64,000 nt of DNA from an uncultured Candidatus Saccharibacteria bacterium (GTDB lineage Bacteria; Patescibacteriota; JACPGU01). The stretch is taken from contig CAYHEQ010000001.1 of assembly GCA_964355795.1 (NCBI GenBank), forward strand, positions 9,849 to 73,848, written 5' to 3'. Made by a program: the position numbers and the translations under genes. Position 1 is the stretch's first letter; each line of letters starts with the position of its first letter. Positions 56,469-64,000 of the stretch are shown one piece after another. The notes beneath the pieces are model-generated. The model was not told the origin of the DNA. It was given only the letters and a program-made list of their open reading frames with translations, and searched no databases.

Positions 56469-57512
56469 CTACAGCTCCTCTAGTATTTTGATGTAGCTAC
56501 CATATCTTTCTTTAGATATGGCGCCATTATCAACAGCATTTCTTACGGCGCATGAAGGTTCAAAAAGATGCATACATCCATAATACTTACACTTACCCAA
56601 ATAGGGAGCAAACTCATCAAAGTAGTATTGAAGGCTCTTCTTATCGATTCCCCAGGCCTTTAATGAACGTATCCCAGGAGTATCTATAATATAAGAACCC
56701 TTTCCCCACTTATAAACCTTTGTGAAGGTAGTCGTGTGTGTCCCCTTTTTTGACTTTTGGCTCACGCCACCAACCTTTAGATTTAGCCCCGGAGCAATCT
56801 TGTTAATCAAAGAAGACTTACCGACACCACTGTGCCCTACAAAAACAACCATCTTGCCTGCAATACGACTCTTTAGGCCATCTATGCCAATGTCCTTGAT
56901 GGCAGAAGTCTCTATGATGTCAATGCCCAAAGAAGCATATTTAGCGATGACCGCCCTTTCCGCGTCACCCTCCAGCTCACACTTGTTCACGCAAACCAAT
57001 GGGTCTATGCCGGAGTTTTGCGCAATCACCAACCAACGATCAATGAATTTCGGATGCAAAGGTGGTTCTTTTGCTGACACAACGACGACCATGAGATCAA
57101 CGTTGGCGGCTATAATATGGCGATGTGCCTCTGCTGCCTTAGTGTGCCTCCTGGTCTCGTCCCTCCTCATACGCACCAAAACATTACTCCTAACCACCAC
57201 ACCCTTTATAGACAACCAGTTGTCGTTATCGTCCATAATAACATGGTCACCAACAACCATGTCCTTGTTGGCCTTGGAGGAATAACGGGGCCGACCCAGA
57301 TGAACTAGCTCATCGCCGACATAAATGTCCAGGGATTCTCCGCGAACATCCGCCACTAAGCCAACAACCGAACTCTTCTGTGGCTCCTTCAAAAAGAAAG
57401 TGCCATCGTCAATGCCAGAAAAAGAGCTCAAAGACTTTTTCTTTGCGCGCTCTTTTTTTGCAATCGCTTTTTTGCTTTCTCTCCACTGATATCCACGAAG
57501 ATGCTTGCTCAT
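56469..57512 (-). CDS. rsgA: Ribosome small subunit-dependent GTPase A
   Basis: VVGD, IAANVD, NKCE, GHSGVGKSSLIN, GTHTTT, DTPGIR, C....C.H..EP.CAV. Confidence 0.93.
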   Translation of the reverse strand: MSKHLRGYQWRESKKAIAKKERAKKKSLSSFSGIDDGTFFLKEPQKSSVVGLVADVRGESLDIYVGDELVHLGRPRYSSKANKDMVVGDHVIMDDNDNWLSIKGVVVRSNVLVRMRRDETRRHTKAAEAHRHIIAANVDLMVVVVSAKEPPLHPKFIDRWLVIAQNSGIDPLVCVNKCELEGDAERAVIAKYASLGIDIIETSAIKDIGIDGLKSRIAGKMVVFVGHSGVGKSSLINKIAPGLNLKVGGVSQKSKKGTHTTTFTKVYKWGKGSYIIDTPGIRSLKAWGIDKKSLQYYFDEFAPYLGKCKYYGCMHLFEPSCAVRNAVDNGAISKERYGSYIKILEEL

Positions 57513-57839
57513 TTTATCCCTCCTTTCTTTTCTTATTTTGGATGTAAACGTGCTTTCCTCCTAGCAAAATAAGCCTTAGCCTTTTTGCATAATATTCCAG
57601 CGTCACATTTGATAGTCTTACTGTGTTCCCGTGAAAGTTAGTTATTAACCCTGGGTGCTTTGCAACTTTAGTGGTCATAAAAGTAAAATACTAAAACTTT
57701 TAAGAACTGTAAGACAATGACACATACAATGGAATATCAGTCAAGCAACAAGTTTTTTCCATCTGCAGTCAAGCTAGAACGATCTGCGCGAAAAAACACC
57801 TACGGCTAGCCTCTTGCATGCGACGAAACCGGACTAGCC

Positions 57840-58700
57840 CTAAAGCCCAGAGATTAGGCTTCTGGCATACCCAGATGCAAGTTTATTGAATTCCGATATC
57901 TTATTTATTAAAAATCTTTGTCTCTTGGGATCAGAAATAATACATTCTTTTTTGAGTAGCAACTGCGTCGCATGGATCAGCTCCATCATGGTAGCCAGTC
58001 TGCCCGTGGGGTATCCTTTTGTAAACCAATGTTTCTGACTCATCTGTTTCTCGTGAAGACGGTAATGAACGAGTATTTCTTTCAAGAAAAATATATCGAA
58101 TCTATTCGCAATCTTTATCCACATATTGAGATCAAAGGAATTGTAGCAAAGTTCATCGATGAACATTCCAACCTTGTCAAAAACAGATCTACGAAAGACT
58201 ACGGTTGGCGCTATGGTCACACAGCACCCATTCTGGATTATATACATAAGATAGTCACCGCCCCTTATCAACCCTTTGCGCAGATATAAATCTGACCATA
58301 TTGAGATATAATTTAGCTGAGAGTCTACCTTATTCGCCTGCGCATAGCTCATCATGGCACTCGGATTTGCCTCTAGCGCAGTCACCGATTTACTCAAAAA
58401 TCCAGTCAGCATGACATCATCGTCATGAAAAATAGAGAGATATTTCGTATCGCATATCTCAACTGCCCTGTTCCACCCACCGATTATTCCTGTGTCTTCA
58501 TCAAACTTAATATATTCGACCTGCCCACCACCAATTTCTTCTACAACCGTCTGCGCTACTATATCCGGAGCATTGTCTATAACTACAATTCTCTTGTTTT
58601 GAAAATCTTGACCCAAAACGCTCTGTAGGGCCTGCTTCAAATAATCAGGTCTGTTCCTGGTCGGGATAACAACTGTTATTATGGGGTTGTTTTTATTCAT
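57840..58700 (-). CDS. Glycosyltransferase family 2
   Basis: ITVVIPTRNRP..L..AL.SVL.Q, VIDN, FHDDD, YRLH..Q. Confidence 0.9.
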   Translation of the reverse strand: MNKNNPIITVVIPTRNRPDYLKQALQSVLGQDFQNKRIVVIDNAPDIVAQTVVEEIGGGQVEYIKFDEDTGIIGGWNRAVEICDTKYLSIFHDDDVMLTGFLSKSVTALEANPSAMMSYAQANKVDSQLNYISIWSDLYLRKGLIRGGDYLMYIIQNGCCVTIAPTVVFRRSVFDKVGMFIDELCYNSFDLNMWIKIANRFDIFFLKEILVHYRLHEKQMSQKHWFTKGYPTGRLATMMELIHATQLLLKKECIISDPKRQRFLINKISEFNKLASGYARSLISGL

Positions 58701-59889
58701 GAGACAATAAAGGCAATAGATACTTATCGATATAGCTTTTGGCAGAATACTCCTCTGTCCACTGCACACTAAGCTCATTTAGTTTAGTTTTGTTTTTTGT
58801 GCTGTCTGTTGCTTTTCCCAATTCAGTAATCGCCCTGATGATATCTGAGCTCCTGTTCGAGCGCATGATTGCTCCAAAAAGCCTCCCCTCTTTCACCCAT
58901 TTAGCCATACTCGTACCTTTATGAACCAAGACTGGGACACCCATCATCCCACACTCTACCGCGATACCAGACAAGCGAATACTATAGTGCCTTGGGTGGT
59001 GCAATAATATGGCCAAACTGCATTTGTACAACTGATGGTGGTATTCATCTGTGTCAAGATGCCCCCATATTATTTCGATTGACCCGTCTTGTCCCATATC
59101 CTTCAGTAATTCTCCTATTTCAAAAGTTTCTTTCTTAGCAAAACCGCGTGGGTTTTGAACATTGACGATGAAATGGTAACGCTTCGCGTTATTGTATTTT
59201 TTTGTTATTATTTTTACCAAACGTAGAAAATCCAATAGGCCCTTCTCTTTCCTGCCATCTCCGAAGAAACCTATATTGGTAGCGAACAAGTTCTTTTTTT
59301 TATTTGAAAACGGCGTGTGTGCGCTAAATGGTACGGGAAACATTTTTGGTCTATGCCCAGTAATCTTAGCTATTTTTGTTGCCAAGAGAGCTACGGGCGT
59401 AACCACTATGCTAATTTTTTTCTGATTAATGCCACGCATAGCCTTTTGATATCTATTTTCCAGCTTTCCATTAATACTGGCATCAGAGATCATGCATGCG
59501 TCTGGCAAAGGCGGGTAATACTGGTGGAGTTGCAACACGAATTTTGGTATTTTGCTTTTTTTCGATATCTTCTTGACCGCTCTTATCTCTCGTAGATGGG
59601 CGGTAGTAAATACGATCGCATCATGCTCGGATAAATCAAATGTTGTAATTATTTTTCTTATATCATCCATGGCAATATCGGTTTTCCCTCGCTCAAAACA
59701 GGACATTCGATAAAGAGGCTTAATATAAGGAAAATATTCTAATATTTTTTCGTCTGCAGAATAATTACAGACGAAACCCACCTGTAGGTTTGTTTGTCTT
59801 TCGACACAGTATGCCACCAAAGACTTTGTTGTTTCGAAGAAATGCCCCGACATTATTTTCAAATTTGGCTCGACAAAAATAATTTTCAT
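58693..59889 (-). CDS. GT-B (GT4-like) glycosyltransferase
   Basis: EPNL...SGHF, IGFFGDGRKEKG, SGIAVEC...GVPVLV. Confidence 0.75.
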   Translation of the reverse strand: MKIIFVEPNLKIMSGHFFETTKSLVAYCVERQTNLQVGFVCNYSADEKILEYFPYIKPLYRMSCFERGKTDIAMDDIRKIITTFDLSEHDAIVFTTAHLREIRAVKKISKKSKIPKFVLQLHQYYPPLPDACMISDASINGKLENRYQKAMRGINQKKISIVVTPVALLATKIAKITGHRPKMFPVPFSAHTPFSNKKKNLFATNIGFFGDGRKEKGLLDFLRLVKIITKKYNNAKRYHFIVNVQNPRGFAKKETFEIGELLKDMGQDGSIEIIWGHLDTDEYHHQLYKCSLAILLHHPRHYSIRLSGIAVECGMMGVPVLVHKGTSMAKWVKEGRLFGAIMRSNRSSDIIRAITELGKATDSTKNKTKLNELSVQWTEEYSAKSYIDKYLLPLLSHE

Positions 59890-60704
59890 AATTGCTCTCC
59901 ATTTTTCAGAATGAGTTCTTTTACCTCGTCTGCGCATAACAATGCTGTCTTTTTGACGTTGTCATTGGCACTACCACTATATGCGAGCGCTAATAAATTC
60001 GCGTAAGCATGGTGGATGGGAGAATTTATGTTTACAAAATCTCCACTATCCCTTATTCGACTATTGTGATACTTACGATTACGATATTCGAATATATCTT
60101 CCAAGTTAAGGTTGACATGCTCTTTATCTCTTATTAGCTCCTCTATATCTTCAAAAAAGCCTTCTCCACACAAAGCCATCCCAGACCATATTGCTCCCCG
60201 TTTTATATCTGTCGTCGGATGTTTTGCCACCCTAATGACTGTGTCTAAACCTTGCGTTTCTATCACCCCGCCATTATGCATTTCGGAGATCTGCGATATC
60301 ATTTTCCCAACCAATATATCTCCTTCGACATTAATGTCAGACAGTCCGATGAACGGGTTACCAACATAATAAACGTCCCCCAACACCAGCAACGGGGTTT
60401 TGCCATCGGATAAGACTTTTCCGACACAAGCCAGAGAGTCTAGCAGTGATAACTCTCGAGAGGGCACAATCTGTATCTTTGATTTTTTTTCGCCTCCGAG
60501 ATGGTCAATCAACACGTCAATCCATTCGATATACTCCAACTGGACACAGATGATGATCTGACAAAAATTACTTTTAAATATTTGCCGCAAAGTTCTTAAT
60601 AACAAAATTTCTTCATGCACAGGAAGAAGAAATTTTGGGATTGCCGTACCGACCTCCTTCATTCTAGAGCCAACACCACCCGCCAATATTATTACTGAGA
60701 TCAT
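59886..60704 (-). CDS. Sugar-phosphate nucleotidyltransferase
   Basis: IILAGGVGSRM......PKFLLPV, LVLGD, NINSP. Confidence 0.85.
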   Translation of the reverse strand: MISVIILAGGVGSRMKEVGTAIPKFLLPVHEEILLLRTLRQIFKSNFCQIIICVQLEYIEWIDVLIDHLGGEKKSKIQIVPSRELSLLDSLACVGKVLSDGKTPLLVLGDVYYVGNPFIGLSDINVEGDILVGKMISQISEMHNGGVIETQGLDTVIRVAKHPTTDIKRGAIWSGMALCGEGFFEDIEELIRDKEHVNLNLEDIFEYRNRKYHNSRIRDSGDFVNINSPIHHAYANLLALAYSGSANDNVKKTALLCADEVKELILKNGEQL

Positions 60705-62341
60705 AGGGGTTGTTCAGCTAGCAATTCTTGATAAAACCCCTCCTCTATTGGCAAATTTGCCATTTCTTTAATTTTGTTTTTGGTAATCATATACGCTTTA
60801 TCAATGTTTATCTTTTTCAGGAAGTCAATGTCATGCGATACCACTAGTATGGCCCCCTCAAACTGTTTTAATGTTTCGGCGATTATATCTACAGTTTCTA
60901 CATCTAGATTATTTGTTGGCTCGTCAAGTACCAGCAAGCTTACTGGGGACGCGCTCACTATTGCAAAGGCCAATCGAGCAGTTTCTCCTCCGCTAAGGCT
61001 CTTTGCTAGTTTGTCTACCTCGTGTTGTTTTTTGAATAGCAAATTACCCAAAATAGTTCTCGCCTCCTGCAAGCTTATTCTTGGATTTGCCAGGAAGATA
61101 TTGTCAATCAAAGATTTCTTTCGATCTATTTGGTCATATCTTTGACTGACATACATACTGGGAAGGTTTGGTGCCCTTTTCACTTCCTGTCCTCTTAGCT
61201 CTATGTCAGAAGCAGGACTCCCAAGCAACATCTTTATGAAAGATGTTTTGCCACTTCCGTTTTTGCCCGACAAGACTATTCTCTCTCCATATCCAACCGA
61301 AAAATTGATGTCCCCTATCAGCTCCCTCCCCCCGACAATCAATGAACAGTCTTTTATCCCCAATAGCATTTTGCCTTTAAACCCTTCGGTTTCAGATATA
61401 TCTAGTTTGGCCATTTTATTTTTGACTTTTCTGTTAATCACAGTTCTCTCTCTAGCTTCATTTATGTTGCTTTTGATTTTCTCGCTTTTTTTGCCGGCAC
61501 TCGCTGTAGCCCTGTTTTTAAAATATCCTCTTTCCATCGCCGACATGCTTCTGTCTCCGGCCATTCTCTTGCCCGTACCTACTGAGCGACTTGCCCTCTT
61601 CTGTTCTCTGACAAGCGTCTCTTTCGCCCGCGTAATTTCTTTCTCCGCGTCCATCAGTCTTCGCTGTCTAGCTTCATCATCTTGTTCCTTTATCTGTGTG
61701 ACTTTCTGATAATTCCCACCATACTTTTTTAACTTTTGCTCAGATAGTTCCCACACTTCTTTAGCAACTTGATCCACAAAATAAGTGTCATGGGAAACTA
61801 TCACCACCCCTCCTGCAAATTTTTCTATGAATTTACGGAGCACCTCCTTGGATGAAATGTCTAGATGATTCGTGGGCTCATCAAGAAGCAGTATCTTTGG
61901 CTCTTTGAAGGTGGCGATAGCCAGTTTCAGCCTCATATACTCACCACCGCTCAGTTGTTTTAGTTTCATAGATACATCTGGCAATTCTTGGCCAAACATT
62001 TTTTCATAATAGATTTGTATGCGCCACCATTCTTCGTTAGCTACGTTCATATAGTCCATGAGTGTTTGGTCTCCCCTATCATCTATGCCCTCATCTAGCT
62101 GATCTACATAAGACGTAGTGCTTAGGTCTATACTCCCAGATGTCGGCCGTATTGCTCCGGCTAGTACTTTCAGGAGGGTTGATTTGCCCACCCCGTTCCT
62201 GCCCATCAGCGCTATTCTGTCCCCTTTATTAACAGCCAAATCAACATTGTCAAACAATGTCTCTCCTGTTGGCAAAGTGAAACTCAAATGTCTCGCGACT
62301 AATGCGGACTTTTCATTCATATCTGGCATCTTTTCTTTCAT
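60701..62341 (-). CDS. ABC-F family ATPase (ribosome-protection-like)
   Basis: Two NBDs (GRNGVGKST, LSGGE, LDEPTNHLD, SHD; GKNGSGKT, LSGGE, LDEPTNNLD), no TM segments, long charged linker. Confidence 0.9.
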   Translation of the reverse strand: MKEKMPDMNEKSALVARHLSFTLPTGETLFDNVDLAVNKGDRIALMGRNGVGKSTLLKVLAGAIRPTSGSIDLSTTSYVDQLDEGIDDRGDQTLMDYMNVANEEWWRIQIYYEKMFGQELPDVSMKLKQLSGGEYMRLKLAIATFKEPKILLLDEPTNHLDISSKEVLRKFIEKFAGGVVIVSHDTYFVDQVAKEVWELSEQKLKKYGGNYQKVTQIKEQDDEARQRRLMDAEKEITRAKETLVREQKRASRSVGTGKRMAGDRSMSAMERGYFKNRATASAGKKSEKIKSNINEARERTVINRKVKNKMAKLDISETEGFKGKMLLGIKDCSLIVGGRELIGDINFSVGYGERIVLSGKNGSGKTSFIKMLLGSPASDIELRGQEVKRAPNLPSMYVSQRYDQIDRKKSLIDNIFLANPRISLQEARTILGNLLFKKQHEVDKLAKSLSGGETARLAFAIVSASPVSLLVLDEPTNNLDVETVDIIAETLKQFEGAILVVSHDIDFLKKINIDKAYMITKNKIKEMANLPIEEGFYQELLAEQPL

Positions 62342-63147
62342 GTACTAGTAATTAATTTGTATAGATATTGGTTGGCTTCTTCAATTGGCTTCTCCCAATC
62401 AATTATGGGAGCCAAAAACGGCATATGCGCATGCGTTGCCAATGATGGCATAGGCCCTAACAACAATCTTCTTTCGCCAGCGTCAGGATATTTGCCAAGT
62501 CGTTGCAAGTGCCTGAACAGTTCTCTGTCATTTGGACATTTTTCATTATCTAGAGAATATTTCCGATGTAAATCAAAATCTTTTTTAATTATTTTCCCTG
62601 AAGTCATAAAGGTCATACACGTGGACTCCTGAGATCTATAATGCCTATTGCCTCTCAAAAATATCGTGTTCTCCCAATGCGGAAGATCTGCTCCTCCACG
62701 ATACTCTTCATCATATCTTACCGGATGATCATAGGGGGTTAGATAATCAGCGCCGTTGATATTGTCTATCGCATCAATCAGCTCGTAAACTGCTTCAGTA
62801 ACCCACATATAATCATCCTCAACAAACAACAACCTGTCGTTATCATCTGCCACCCTTGCTTCTTCCAATATATAGAGGTATGACTTCGCATTACTATTGG
62901 TAGACAGATAGTCCACCTTTGCCTTAAACGCGAGAGATATACTATAGATAATCTCCTTTTCCTGCACAGACAGCGCATCGGTTTTGTCTATAAAAATTCG
63001 CCATTCCACCTCATCACCATAACGATTACGGTCAAGATGGTTCCTTACACTTAATGCAAAACTAGCCAAGCACAACCGCTTGGAGAACCACGTCGGGCGT
63101 ATTCCTACTCTATCTTCTGGACAATAGCGATAGAATATCCTCAACAT
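62338..63147 (-). CDS. GT-A-fold glycosyltransferase-like protein
   Basis: LFVEDDY, YLTPYDHP..Y, STCMTF, PMPSLATH. Confidence 0.65.
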   Translation of the reverse strand: MLRIFYRYCPEDRVGIRPTWFSKRLCLASFALSVRNHLDRNRYGDEVEWRIFIDKTDALSVQEKEIIYSISLAFKAKVDYLSTNSNAKSYLYILEEARVADDNDRLLFVEDDYMWVTEAVYELIDAIDNINGADYLTPYDHPVRYDEEYRGGADLPHWENTIFLRGNRHYRSQESTCMTFMTSGKIIKKDFDLHRKYSLDNEKCPNDRELFRHLQRLGKYPDAGERRLLLGPMPSLATHAHMPFLAPIIDWEKPIEEANQYLYKLITST

Positions 63148-63342
63148 ATGCTACACCACTAGCTTAATCTTCTTGCGAAACTGACTGTGCGACAGACGCC
63201 TTGCTTATTAGATAATGACGCTTCTGGTCAAAGGTGCGTTTCTGTAATTATTATGTAGTATATAGCCAATATTATGTTTCTTCAATATTGACAAAAAAAG
63301 AGAAGTGTTTTAATGCATAGAGTAGCCTGTAAGAATTAAGAG

Positions 63343-64000
63343 TGTTGTTCACACTTTACCATTCTTGGGATAAAGTAGGAACACTATGACAATACATAAA
63401 TCTACACGGCTCACCCCCGTCCAAAGGAAAGAGGTGGCTAATCAGTATTTTCGGCAAAATGTTCGGATAGCTACACTGGCTCGTGACTACCATGTTAGCA
63501 GGCACACTATCTACAATATCGTCCATCGCGCCAGAAGGAACGATTACAGCATCCACAAAAGCACCAACCAACGCTACCGGTGCCTAAAATACGGGATTAG
63601 GCGATTGGCAAAGGTCGAAGCGGCAATAGAGAAAAGACTGAAAGGCCAAGCCCTCCGCTACCACAAGAACTATCCGTGTGAAATGATGCATTCTGACAAC
63701 ACGGAACTACCTATGCTGGAAGGAGAAAAAGTTACCGATAAGCCTGAAACTCTATACGTGGCGATTGATGACTTTTCTAGGGAGCTGTATGCGGCCATTC
63801 TGCCTGACCGCACCCAATATTCCTCGGCCACGTTTCTCGATCAAGTCTTGGAAGAATGCCCCTATACCATGGAAGTCTGGTATACTGACAATGGCACCGA
63901 ATACAAGGGTAACCCTCGCAAACATGAACTGATGAAAATGTGCGAAGCAAACGGTATTAAGCAATACTTTACCAAACCGCATACCCCTCAAACTAATGGC
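63343..64000 (+). mobile_element. IS481-family insertion sequence (truncated by the window end)
   Basis: TGT-initiated left end TGTTGTTCACAC; transposase follows. Confidence 0.75.
63386..64000 (+). CDS. IS481-family DDE transposase (partial; absent from the ORF track)
   Basis: My translation: MTIHKSTRLTPVQR...HVSRHTIY...LYVAIDDFSRELYA...YTDNGTEYKG...TKPHTPQTNG. Confidence 0.88.
   Translation, partial: MTIHKSTRLTPVQRKEVANQYFRQNVRIATLARDYHVSRHTIYNIVHRARRNDYSIHKSTNQRYRCLKYGIRRLAKVEAAIEKRLKGQALRYHKNYPCEMMHSDNTELPMLEGEKVTDKPETLYVAIDDFSRELYAAILPDRTQYSSATFLDQVLEECPYTMEVWYTDNGTEYKGNPRKHELMKMCEANGIKQYFTKPHTPQTNG

Overview
Chromosomal segment of a bacterium that looks like Patescibacteria/CPR. The taxonomy is inferred from gene content and gene style; the genetic code is standard (TGA stops, tRNA-Trp CCA). 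Contents in order: an MvaI/BcnI-type restriction-modification pair, an LPXTG-anchored DUF11 surface protein, a GC-rich island, rmuC, a UvrD-nuclease fusion and RNase HI. Next comes a long minus-strand type IV pilus locus (pilins, pilD, pilC, pilT, pilB, pilO, pilN), preceded by about 11 kb of modular exported and TPR proteins. Then a tRNA cluster (Thr-Thr-Tyr-rpmG-Trp), holB, rpmB, a probable 6S RNA, tRNA-Pro, SOD, a Pif1 cassette, argS, tyrS, PBP1A and two HicAB modules. The window ends with an island carrying rsgA and a tightly coupled GT/ABC-F/nucleotidyltransferase/GT/GT operon, followed by a truncated IS481-family element. The strongest signal is a set of small palindromic elements. (1) Every tRNA in the cluster has a twin broken by a hairpin inserted 3' of TG without target duplication; one intact tRNA-Thr is nested as cargo inside an inverted-repeat element inserted in another tRNA-Thr, and a GIY-YIG gene plus an intact tRNA-Tyr lies between 43-bp direct repeats inside a split tRNA-Tyr. 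(2) A GxxExxY nuclease-fold gene sits inside a GCGAAT-array element with perfect 14-bp terminal inverted repeats, and five gene-less copies are scattered through the window. (3) A wHTH/Pif1 cassette is bracketed by three copies of another palindrome. Several of these repeat families have also entered housekeeping ORFs in frame. All calls come from reading the sequence; no searches were run.
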